Of a stretch of 64,000 nt of DNA, positions 56,679-64,000 are shown piece by piece (within the stretch, counting starts at the first letter, position 1; each line of letters starts with the position of its first letter). The translations under genes were made by a program, and so were the position numbers. The notes below the pieces were generated by a model. That model saw only the letters and a list, made by a program, of their open reading frames with translations, ran no database searches and was not told the DNA's origin. Origin of the DNA: Candidatus Brennerbacteria bacterium. Its GTDB lineage: Bacteria > Patescibacteriota > Minisyncoccia > UBA6257 > GWB1-50-10. Location: positions 141,807 to 205,806 of the forward strand of contig JACPEK010000004.1 of NCBI GenBank assembly GCA_016183535.1. The letters run 5' to 3'.

Positions 56679-57158
56679 ATGGCGAACCTTCACGAACGGA
56701 TCGCCGCTGACGCCGCCTCCGCCGCGAAAGCGGGCGATGATGTGCGACGCGACGCGCTTCGTTTCCTTCTCGCCTCGCTCCACAATCGTAAAATAGAGAA
56801 AAAAGGAAAAGGAGACGCCGCCGCGCTTACCGATGACGATGTACGTGCGGTAATCGAGCGCGAGGCGAAAAAACGAAAAGAAGCGATCGAGTTTTTTGAA
56901 AAAGGAGGTCGTCCCGCGCAGGCGGTGAAGGAGCGCGCCGAGCTCGGAGTGCTTGAGGAATATCTTCCCGCCGCGCTTCCCGATGCGGAAATTGCGCGTT
57001 TGATAGAAGAGGCGATCCGCGTGTCGGGCGCCTCGGACGTGAAAGAGATGGGTAAGGCGATGGCCGCGTTCCGCGAGCTTTTAGGAAAAACAGCGCCGGG
57101 ATTCCGCGCAGATGCGGGCGCGGTAAGCGCGAAGATTAAAGTTCGCCTGTCCGCGTAG
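56679..57158 (+). CDS. yqeY: GatB/YqeY domain protein
   Basis: KKRKEAIE.FEKGGR, E..VLEEYLP, KEMGKAM. Confidence 0.88.
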   Translation: MANLHERIAADAASAAKAGDDVRRDALRFLLASLHNRKIEKKGKGDAAALTDDDVRAVIEREAKKRKEAIEFFEKGGRPAQAVKERAELGVLEEYLPAALPDAEIARLIEEAIRVSGASDVKEMGKAMAAFRELLGKTAPGFRADAGAVSAKIKVRLSA

Positions 57159-57178
57159 GCACGTCCATTATTGGAGCG

Positions 57179-57631
57179 ATGGTAAAACCTCCCCGCGCGT
57201 CCATTGTTTTCCATGCGTCGGAACCTCGTTTCGCTTGCTTCGCGGCTTCGGTGCGCCGTGTATTGCGCACTTCGCTTTTACGCCTCTCAAAACACCCCGC
57301 CGCCCTCGGCGTTTTTTTGGTTTCCGACGCCGAGATGAGACGCATTAACCGCCGCGCGAAGGGGAAAGATCGCCCGACGAACGTCTTGTCTTTTGTGGAG
57401 CCGCCGCAGATGCCCCACCCGGAACTCCCGCGCGCGGTGCGCGCGCGGGGGGAAATATTTCTCGCGCCAGATTTCATCGCGCGCCGTAACGAGGACATTA
57501 AACTGCTCGCGGTGCACGGACTTCTCCACCTTTTCGGGTATACGCACGGAAGCGCGCGTGATAGGATGAGGATGGAACGCAAGGAACGTCAACTTCTCAT
57601 CCCTCATGTCGTACGTGGTAACCGGTATTGA
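57179..57631 (+). CDS. ybeY: rRNA maturation RNase YbeY
   Basis: INRR..GKDRPTNVLSF, GEIFL, HGLLHLFGYTH. Confidence 0.9.
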   Translation: MVKPPRASIVFHASEPRFACFAASVRRVLRTSLLRLSKHPAALGVFLVSDAEMRRINRRAKGKDRPTNVLSFVEPPQMPHPELPRAVRARGEIFLAPDFIARRNEDIKLLAVHGLLHLFGYTHGSARDRMRMERKERQLLIPHVVRGNRY

Positions 57632-58823
57632 TATTGGTTCGAGCGCGGTGCGCGGCGCGGTCGCGGAGATCGGACAGGACGGAAAACTGGCCGTGCGGCA
57701 CACGTTCGCGCGCCCTTCGGCGGGATTCCGCCGCGGCGTGCTTGTGGACGCGGAGGAAGCGACACACGTGCTTCGCGACGCCGCGCTCATTTTGAAAAAC
57801 ATTTCGCGGCGCGCCATGCAGAACGTATTTGTGAACGTCGCGAGTGAACACGTCCGCGCCCGTCCCTCGCGGGGTATTGTGGCGGTCGCGCGCGCGGATC
57901 AGGAGATTCAAGAGGAAGACATCGGGCGTGTTATCGAGGCGTCCCGCGCGGTGAAACTTCCGCCGAATGCGACGGTGCTTCATCACATCGTACGCGAATA
58001 TTTTGTGGACGATGTGGGTGATATCGCGAATCCTCTCGGTATGAACGGGAGCCGTCTTGAGGTGTCCGCGTTGGTGGTGGAGGCGTTTGGGCCTCACGTG
58101 AACGTGCTCGTGAAGGCGCTCGAGCGGGTAGGACTCAAAGTGGGCGGCCTTATCGTGAATCCTCTTGCGGCGGCGCAGAGCACGCTCTCGAAACGCCAGA
58201 AGGAACTCGGGTGTTTGCTCGTTGATTTCGGTTTCGGCACGACCTCGCTTGTGATGTATGAAGAGGGCAAGGTGGCGCACGTAAAGGTTATTCCCGTGGG
58301 AGCGGGCCACGTGACGAACGATATCGCGGTAGGCCTCCGAACGTCGGTGGACGTCGCGGAGCGCCTCAAACTTGAGTTCGGCGCCGCGTCGGCGCGCGAT
58401 GTGAATCGGAAGGAAACGGTGCCCCTCAAAGAATTCGATCCTTCGGCGGATGCCGAAGTAACGCGGAGATTTCTCGCGGAAATCATCGAGGTACGGATCG
58501 AGGAGATTGTGGGGCTCATTAAAGCCGAGATAAAGGCGGTAGGGCGCGATCTTGAATTTCCCGGCGGCGCGGTGCTTGTGGGCGGCGGCGCGCGCCTCGC
58601 GGGTCTCCCCGCGCTCGTGAAGGAAGAGCTCAAAATTCCCGTCCAAGTCGGGGTCCCGTATCTCAACGAGTTTTCAATAGAGCGGACGGAGCATCGCGAT
58701 CTCCTTGAAGACCCGCGCGCGGCGACTCTCACGGGCCTCATGCTCTGGGGCGCGACCGAACAGCCCACCTCCCCGCTTTCGGGAAATCCAGTGAAGAAGT
58801 TGCTTAAGTACTTCATTCCATAG
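57606..58823 (+). CDS. ftsA: Cell division protein FtsA
   Basis: GIDIGSS, NPLGM.G.RLE, VDFGFGTT, HVTNDIA, AERLK; directly upstream of ftsZ. Confidence 0.93.
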   Translation: MSYVVTGIDIGSSAVRGAVAEIGQDGKLAVRHTFARPSAGFRRGVLVDAEEATHVLRDAALILKNISRRAMQNVFVNVASEHVRARPSRGIVAVARADQEIQEEDIGRVIEASRAVKLPPNATVLHHIVREYFVDDVGDIANPLGMNGSRLEVSALVVEAFGPHVNVLVKALERVGLKVGGLIVNPLAAAQSTLSKRQKELGCLLVDFGFGTTSLVMYEEGKVAHVKVIPVGAGHVTNDIAVGLRTSVDVAERLKLEFGAASARDVNRKETVPLKEFDPSADAEVTRRFLAEIIEVRIEEIVGLIKAEIKAVGRDLEFPGGAVLVGGGARLAGLPALVKEELKIPVQVGVPYLNEFSIERTEHRDLLEDPRAATLTGLMLWGATEQPTSPLSGNPVKKLLKYFIP

Positions 58824-58864
58824 TAGGCTGAACTGGATATTAGATAACGATTTCTCTCGTCGTC

Positions 58865-60103
58865 ATGAAAAAAAGAAGCGTGAAAAAGCGAGAACCAAAA
58901 AGAAAAAAAACGCTTGCGTCTCGCGTGAAACAGGGGAAGGGAACCTTCACGCGCATCAAAGTGGTGGGCGTGGGGGGCGGCGGTGGGAACGCGGTGAGCC
59001 GCATGATGGCGGAGAGCGACCGCATTCGTGGTGTGGAATTTATCGCCGTGAATACCGACGCGCAGGATTTGGACCACGCGAACGCGCATAAAAAAATTTA
59101 TATCGGCCGCGCGCTCACCCACGGTTTGGGCGCCGGCATGAACCCGGAGATCGGAAAGCAGGCGGCGGAGGAAAACCGTTCGGAGATCGGCGAGGCGTTG
59201 GACGCGGCGGACGTGGTATTCCTCACGGCAGGCTTCGGAGGCGGCACGGGCACCGGCGCTCTGCCGGTGATTGCCGAGGTCGCGCGTGAGAAGGGGATTC
59301 TCACGCTTGCGGTCGTTACGCGCCCCTTCTCCTTCGAGGGGAGTCAGCGAATGACGATTGCGCAGGAGGGGCTCGTGCGGCTCAAAGACAAGGTGGACGC
59401 GCTGGTGGTCATTCCGAACGACCGCATTTTCAGCATCATCGACAAGGACACGTCGGTCACACGGGCGTTCACCCACATTGACGATGTGTTAAAGAGCGCC
59501 GTGAAGGCCATCGCGGACCTCGTGAACGTGCCCGGTATCATCAATATTGATTTTGCGGACATTAAGACGACTTTGAAAGACGCTGGCACAACCCTCATCG
59601 GTATTGGCGTGGCGTCGGGTCCCGAGCGGGGTGTGAAGGCGGTGGAAGCCGCGGCAAATTCCCCGCTCCTCGAGACGGCGATGGAGGGAGCGAAAGGACT
59701 TCTCTTTAGTATCGCCGGCGGGCGAGATCTCAAAATGGCGGAGGTGTACGACATTGCAAAGGCGATCGCGGGAACCCTCGACGCCGGCGCGCGGGTCATC
59801 TTCGGTGCCTATTACGACCGCGGTCTCTCGGAGAAGAGTATTAAAGTGACGGTGATCGCGACGGGCTTCAACGGCGGCTGGTCGGAAGGAAACCGTCTCC
59901 CGCTCCATTCGCTCTTCGCGAAAGACGCGGGAGGTTCGCCGGGTTCCATGAAAGTGAAGAAGGAAATCCTCGTTCCGGCACAGAACAAAAAAGAAGAGGA
60001 ACTAAGAGAAGAGGAAGGAGACGCGATTTCTTCGGCGAAGCCGCTTTCGAAGGAAGAAGCGTGGGAAATCCCGGCGTTTCTCCGGAAAAAGAAACGAAGA
60101 TAA
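58865..60103 (+). CDS. ftsZ: Cell division protein FtsZ
   Basis: GVGGGGGNAV, NTDAQ, GGGTGTG, INIDFAD, C-terminal IPAFLRK. Confidence 0.97.
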   Translation: MKKRSVKKREPKRKKTLASRVKQGKGTFTRIKVVGVGGGGGNAVSRMMAESDRIRGVEFIAVNTDAQDLDHANAHKKIYIGRALTHGLGAGMNPEIGKQAAEENRSEIGEALDAADVVFLTAGFGGGTGTGALPVIAEVAREKGILTLAVVTRPFSFEGSQRMTIAQEGLVRLKDKVDALVVIPNDRIFSIIDKDTSVTRAFTHIDDVLKSAVKAIADLVNVPGIINIDFADIKTTLKDAGTTLIGIGVASGPERGVKAVEAAANSPLLETAMEGAKGLLFSIAGGRDLKMAEVYDIAKAIAGTLDAGARVIFGAYYDRGLSEKSIKVTVIATGFNGGWSEGNRLPLHSLFAKDAGGSPGSMKVKKEILVPAQNKKEEELREEEGDAISSAKPLSKEEAWEIPAFLRKKKRR

Positions 60104-60104
60104 T

Positions 60105-60128
60105 AAAAACCGCCCGAGGGCGGTTTTT
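60105..60128. terminator. Bidirectional intrinsic terminator between ftsZ and tRNA-Lys
   Basis: AAAAACCGCCC-GA-GGGCGGTTTTT. Confidence 0.8.
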
Positions 60129-60142
60129 CTTTTACTGTCATC

Positions 60143-60218
60143 TGGTGCCTCCTGCAGGGATCGAACCTGCGACCGTCTCCTTAAAAGGGAGCTGCTCTAC
60201 CAACTGAGCTAAGGAGGC
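60143..60218 (-). tRNA. tRNA-Lys (UUU)
   Basis: Reverse complement GCCTCCTTAGCTCAGTTGGTAGAGCAGCTCCCTTTTAAGGAGACGGTCGCAGGTTCGATCCCTGCAGGAGGCACCA folds as a cloverleaf; anticodon TTT; encoded CCA. Confidence 0.95.
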
Positions 60219-60283
60219 AAAACGTTTTTTGTATAGTACCCCGTGATTTCGATTTCGGCAACGATTCGGGTAGGATAGAGCGA

Positions 60284-60630
60284 ATGCCGCTTTCGAACCC
60301 GTTCACGCGCGAAGAGGAAGTCGTTCATACGTTCACATTCTCGGCCGTATCGTTCCGCGACGTGAAGGCGATCTATATTATATGACCGCCGCGGTCGCGG
60401 CCGTGGTGTGCCAAACACTGGAGAGCGGCAAAGCTTTCATGAACGCCTCATCAACCGCCATCGTCCGGCCATGGCTCCAGGATTTCGATATTGGCGCGAC
60501 GTATGATGTGCCGATGGTACGTGCGGAAATCCAGGCGGTGAAAGATGTGGGAGCGGAGGACACGTGGATGATCTGGAACCCCGCGAACGTGTACGAGTGG
60601 AACGAATTCCTCCCGGCGATCAAACGTGCT
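60284..60630 (+). pseudogene. Remnant of a putative glycoside hydrolase (DUF4015-like)
   Basis: VKAIY[MTAA] N-terminal motif broken by a TATAT duplication, joined to the C-terminal RPWLQDFDIGATY...VRAEIQAV...WMIWNPANVY; middle missing. Confidence 0.65.
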
Positions 60631-60904
60631 AGGGTGGGGTGCCGACGCCGCGCTTCACCGCGCTTATGGTGACGCTCGTGACGTCGATGAGACGCCCAAT
60701 CTTCTGGTAGCTCATGCCGCGTTCGAGGAGCACGGTGATCGCGAGGCGTTTTTCAAGCGCGATGATCTCGGCGGGGGTTAAGACCCTGCGGAGCGCAGTG
60801 AGAAGCGCGTCCTCCGAGTGCGCGTTTCCTACAAGGTGGGAGAAGCGTTTCCATGCTTCTTTCTTTAGGTCTCCTTTGATGCGGTTTTTATTCACGCGGA
60901 CCAT
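60629..60904 (-). CDS. TrpR/YerC-YecD-like helix-turn-helix protein
   Basis: LTPAE...LEKRLAI..LLERGMSYQKI...VTSVTISAVKR. Confidence 0.8.
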   Translation of the reverse strand: MVRVNKNRIKGDLKKEAWKRFSHLVGNAHSEDALLTALRRVLTPAEIIALEKRLAITVLLERGMSYQKIGRLIDVTSVTISAVKRGVGTPP

Positions 60905-60954
60905 ATCGTTGCTCTAGTATATCATATTATAGTAGGCAGAGGATGAAGGGCGGG

Positions 60955-60974
60955 CCTGCCTGCCGGCAGGCAGG
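60955..60974. repeat. Perfect 20-bp palindrome CCTGCCTGCCGGCAGGCAGG
   Basis: Self-complementary; a 17/20 copy lies in-frame in pth at 53598-53617. Confidence 0.9.
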
Positions 60975-61018
60975 TTGAAAAGGGGAGATACCTTAACACA
61001 TTGTGCTATAATGATTGT

Positions 61019-61381
61019 ATGCTGAAGCATTGCAGGCGGCATGGCGATGTAAACCACTTCAAGCGGCTTGACGGGTCCCTTCGCTGTGGAAAATGTGCTT
61101 CAGAATGGGTTGTAGCGAGCAGGATTCGAAAGAAAGAACGGTTAGTAAAGCAGTGCGGCGGTAAATGTAGAATCTGCGGATATGGAAAATATGTAGGCGC
61201 ACTCGATTTTCATCATAAAGATCCCTCGAAGAAGTCTTTTGCGTTAAGTGTTCGTGGCCTCTGCTACTCCTGGGATGCCATCGAGCGAGAGGCAAAGAAA
61301 TGCGTACTTCTTTGCAAGAATTGCCATGCAGAGGTTGAAAACGGTATAACGGTGTTGCACAATAAGCGCATTCCCCGGTAG
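61019..61381 (+). CDS. HNH endonuclease with zinc-binding Cys motifs
   Basis: GGKCRICGY...ALDFHH.DP...KC.LLCKNCHAE; its TAG stop lies inside the tRNA-Asn 5' end; TGCTATAAT just upstream. Confidence 0.85.
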   Translation: MLKHCRRHGDVNHFKRLDGSLRCGKCASEWVVASRIRKKERLVKQCGGKCRICGYGKYVGALDFHHKDPSKKSFALSVRGLCYSWDAIEREAKKCVLLCKNCHAEVENGITVLHNKRIPR

Positions 61382-61446
61382 CACAGTGGTAGTGCAACTC
61401 CCTGTTAAGGAGTGGGTCGTAGGTTCGAATCCTACCCGGGGAGCCA
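61372..61446 (+). tRNA. tRNA-Asn (GUU)
   Basis: TCCCCGG TA GCAC AGTGGTA GTGC A ACTCC CTGTTAA GGAGT GGGTC GTAGG TTCGAAT CCTAC CCGGGGA G CCA. Confidence 0.95.
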
Positions 61447-63060
61447 AGATGTACTTTTTACTAAATTTTCCCCAATAACCCCTGGGGCTATTGGGTTTTC
61501 GGAGGTTCGAGCAGAAACAGTTACAGCTCCAACTTTAGAAGTATTCCCAAAGAGAGTTTGGAACACGGGACGCAGTTGTATCTTCAATTTTCCGCCTTCA
61601 ACGAGGAGGTTCGAGCCGAGGCAAGCAAGAATGGCTCGTTTTACATCCAGGTCTCCCTTCTCAAACCAGGCACGCGCGTATCGCGCAAAATTGAATGTGC
61701 GTTCGCTTAGTTCAACCCACTGCTCTAATTCACTGCCCTGGCTCCGAAGAGCGCTCTCAAGCGATTCTTTGCGCTTTAGGAGGGTACTCTTAAGGGAGTC
61801 GTATTCGGCATCGGAAATGAGTTTCCCGTCTTTGTTTTGGACTGAAGTGTACTTGAGTAGCAACGAGCCAAGTTGTTCCGATACTTCTTCTAAATCTTTC
61901 TGCTTATTCTGGAAAGCAATGTGCTGGGTGGTAGCTTCATTCGTTCTAATTTCGTGGAGATACTTTATAGCCCAATTCTTGAACTCCTCCGAAACCGTAA
62001 TACCCTCCAACGCCCCATCTATTTGGCGGTGTAATTCCTTTACCTCAACGGATTTTTCAAGACAGTTTGGGTTCTTTTTCTTCGTGCAGTGATAGTAGAT
62101 ATAGTGGTGCACATTCCCATTTTTCTGATGTTTGAACTTTTCTTCTGCTGTAACAGCAGACCCGCAAACAGCGCACCTCATCAAGCCAGTGAAGGCGAAT
62201 AGGTGGGATTTTGGGGCTGGCTTTCCTTTCCTTCCTAAAATCACTTGCACCCGTTGATATTCTTCTTCGGTAATCATAGGTTTATGTCCTCCCTTAATCC
62301 AGTTACCACTACCTACGGGGAACTCAAAATAGCCATAATAAAATGGACTGGTAAAGAGTTTATAAATTGCACTGCGAGACATAGGTTTTCCACCCTCGTT
62401 TCTTCTTTGAACGGTTCGATAGCCCCACTCTGTATTTGCTATTTTCCAAATGCGGGGAGCAGTGTAGTTTCCAGTTAACATCAAGTCCCACATCCTACGC
62501 ACTAAAGGAAAGCGCTCTGGGTCTTCCACAATTGTTTTATAACCCTTGTTTCTATCTGGCGTGTTTAAGTACCCAGCTGGCGCAACGCTTGGTAGCCACC
62601 CTGCTTTAGCTTTATTTCTCAAACCACGCTTAACATTTGTAGAAAGGTCTCGAACAAATTGATTTGCCATTCCAAATTCAACACTCATCATCAAAACATT
62701 GTCTGTCGGATAATAACTTCGCTCAAAGGTTTGAATGTGCTGTATCACGCCTTGTTGGAGCATCCAGTTAATAGTTCCGCCATCTACAGGATTACGAGCA
62801 AGTCGGTCTAATTTCCAACAGATAATTCCCTGCGCTTCACCTTTGTATATGCGCTGAATCATATCGTTGAAAATAGGTCTCCCAGGAGCTTTTGCGGATT
62901 GTGCTTCAGAGAGAATATCCAACACTTCCAAGTTTGCACCCCGCGCGAGTTTAGTTAATTCTTCAATTTGTGCCTCAATAGAAGCAACCTGTCTATCCTC
63001 CGCCTCACTGGATTTACGAGGATAGACGAAATATTTAATTTTTTGTTGTGCGTTTTTCAC
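61432..63060 (-). CDS. Large serine recombinase (resolvase + recombinase + zinc ribbon + coiled coil)
   Basis: YPRKSSEAEDRQ catalytic Ser motif, SAKAPGRP.F, WKLDRLARN, FTGLMRCAVCG, YYHC; GTG start. Confidence 0.93.
   Translation of the reverse strand: MKNAQQKIKYFVYPRKSSEAEDRQVASIEAQIEELTKLARGANLEVLDILSEAQSAKAPGRPIFNDMIQRIYKGEAQGIICWKLDRLARNPVDGGTINWMLQQGVIQHIQTFERSYYPTDNVLMMSVEFGMANQFVRDLSTNVKRGLRNKAKAGWLPSVAPAGYLNTPDRNKGYKTIVEDPERFPLVRRMWDLMLTGNYTAPRIWKIANTEWGYRTVQRRNEGGKPMSRSAIYKLFTSPFYYGYFEFPVGSGNWIKGGHKPMITEEEYQRVQVILGRKGKPAPKSHLFAFTGLMRCAVCGSAVTAEEKFKHQKNGNVHHYIYYHCTKKKNPNCLEKSVEVKELHRQIDGALEGITVSEEFKNWAIKYLHEIRTNEATTQHIAFQNKQKDLEEVSEQLGSLLLKYTSVQNKDGKLISDAEYDSLKSTLLKRKESLESALRSQGSELEQWVELSERTFNFARYARAWFEKGDLDVKRAILACLGSNLLVEGGKLKIQLRPVFQTLFGNTSKVGAVTVSARTSENPIAPGVIGENLVKSTSWLPG
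61471..61499 (+). terminator. Putative tRNA-Asn terminator inside the recombinase CDS
   Basis: CCCAATAACCCC-T-GGGGCTATTGGG-TTTT. Confidence 0.5.
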
Positions 63061-63396
63061 TTATTTCTTGTGCTCAACGGTAGAGCCGTACTTTTTGGCT
63101 AATTCCTCTTTTGCTTGTTCCAGAAGTAGTAATTTTTCATTTGCGTATGAGCGAGCCTCCTCCTTTTCTTCCATTGAACCATAAGCGAGATTGTGCATCT
63201 CGTAACGCAACAAAGTTATTTCCTCCTCCTTTTCTTCTATAGAGTTAAACATTAATGCTAGTCCGAGAAGTATAAAGAAAGCTGTCCATCCGAAGTTTTC
63301 TCCGACCAACACAGTATCCACTCTCAAAAACCATATAAGCGCCAACACCGCTATGGCTATAAATACCTTCTTAATTGTTTTTGGCTTGTAATTCAT
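63061..63396 (-). CDS. Small two-TM membrane protein with acidic coiled-coil tail
   Basis: MNYKPKTIKKVFIAIAVLALIWFL...WTAFFILLGLALMF...; its stop directly abuts the recombinase GTG. Confidence 0.7.
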   Translation of the reverse strand: MNYKPKTIKKVFIAIAVLALIWFLRVDTVLVGENFGWTAFFILLGLALMFNSIEEKEEEITLLRYEMHNLAYGSMEEKEEARSYANEKLLLLEQAKEELAKKYGSTVEHKK

Positions 63397-63412
63397 AAGT
63401 GCTTGGAAAATC

Positions 63413-63548
63413 AAAAAGGGACTACCCGCCGACTTGCGTCCCACATTTCAGAACACCGTGAGGTGTCCTTAGTGGAAGTCGGGAGTAGCCCCTTCCTGCC
63501 CGCTAAGGACACAAAAACCTCACGAATATACTGAAATATGGGACGCAA
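63413..63548 (-). ncRNA. Structured leader RNA with interlocking helices and a U-tract (attenuator/antisense-type switch)
   Basis: Three long complementary pairs; every substitution is G-U on the minus strand (see findings). Confidence 0.6.
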
Positions 63549-63561
63549 ATTAATAATAGCA

Positions 63562-63999
63562 CTATTCTGGTTGATTTTGAAGTAAGATTTTTTTGATAAT
63601 TCCATACAAATAAGCTGGCGGATTATCTATTCTTTTCCCGCCTTGTCTGTCCTCGCGGTATCTGCCCCAAGCGTTATCTATGATTCGTATTCCGTGCTTT
63701 CGTAGTACATTAAGAAGTGGGTTTATGTATTCTTCCCCGACTTCCGTTGCTATTTCTTTGCAACGCGACTCTTCCGTTGATTGAGGCTCAAAATCTGCTA
63801 CGAGCGTTCTCTTAAAAGTTTTTTTACTTAGCGTAAATTCAATATCTTTGTAAGTGTTCGTGTCGTTATAGAGACCTCTGGGTTGGTCTTTTGCTGAATC
63901 AGGGGAAAAGCGTTTTATTAATTCGCTTTTTGCCACTTCAAATCTCTGATTCGCAACACCAAAGGTCTGTGGAACTTCTGACTCGGTTTCTACCTCACC
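63562..63999 (-). CDS. 3' part of a hypothetical protein, possibly replication-initiator-like; 5' end lies outside the window
   Basis: Frame is open to the window edge; C-terminal IDNPPAYLYGIIKK resembles phage/plasmid replication protein tails. Confidence 0.55.
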   Translation of the reverse strand, partial: GEVETESEVPQTFGVANQRFEVAKSELIKRFSPDSAKDQPRGLYNDTNTYKDIEFTLSKKTFKRTLVADFEPQSTEESRCKEIATEVGEEYINPLLNVLRKHGIRIIDNAWGRYREDRQGGKRIDNPPAYLYGIIKKILLQNQPE

Positions 64000-64000
64000 T

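Larger units (their letters stand above)
61432..64000. mobile_element. Left end of an integrated element (island/prophage/ICE) at tRNA-Asn; continues beyond the window
   Basis: Recombinase overlaps the tRNA 3' end; visible switch to AT-rich sequence; replication-type ORF further in. Confidence 0.8.

Noticed and set aside
58094..59476. 460-aa minus-strand ORF
   Set aside because: Antisense to ftsA/ftsZ; a codon-bias artefact.
61412..62092. 226-aa plus-strand ORF starting inside tRNA-Asn
   Set aside because: Antisense shadow of the recombinase.
1..64000. Alternative genetic code (TGA read as Gly, as in Gracilibacteria/Absconditabacteria)
   Set aside because: Conserved genes are full-length under code 11, and several end at TGA at the expected position.

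Overview
Bacterial chromosomal segment in standard genetic code, most consistent with a Patescibacteria/Parcubacteria (CPR) genome (inferred from gene content, gene order and repeat types). Layout: (1) 1-6.1 kb, proteostasis genes (IscS 3' end, SIMPL protein, HtrA, ClpB with a CIRCE-like operator); (2) 6.2-10 kb, a large Ser/Thr-rich S-layer-like protein with a long structured leader; (3) 10.1-48.8 kb, a mostly lower-GC surface-glycan locus with an O-antigen-ligase/OTase-like protein, 8 glycosyltransferases, 5 class I methyltransferases, a His-type 3-dehydrase, two split transketolases, two tandem B12-dependent radical SAM enzymes, HddA/HddC/GmhB-like enzymes, AsnB, Wzx and an initiating phosphoglycosyltransferase; (4) 48.9-60.1 kb, core genes (DsbA, TrxB, pilus genes, pth, lepB, hisS, HIT, rpsU, yqeY, ybeY, ftsA, ftsZ); (5) 60.1-64 kb, tRNA-Lys, a decayed glycoside hydrolase gene, a TrpR-like gene, an HNH gene and tRNA-Asn, followed by a low-GC integrated element. 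The element's large serine recombinase ends inside tRNA-Asn and lies downstream of an interlocking RNA-switch-like leader. Short palindromic and heptamer repeats occur between genes and in-frame within several genes. All calls come from manual motif recognition; no database searches were run.
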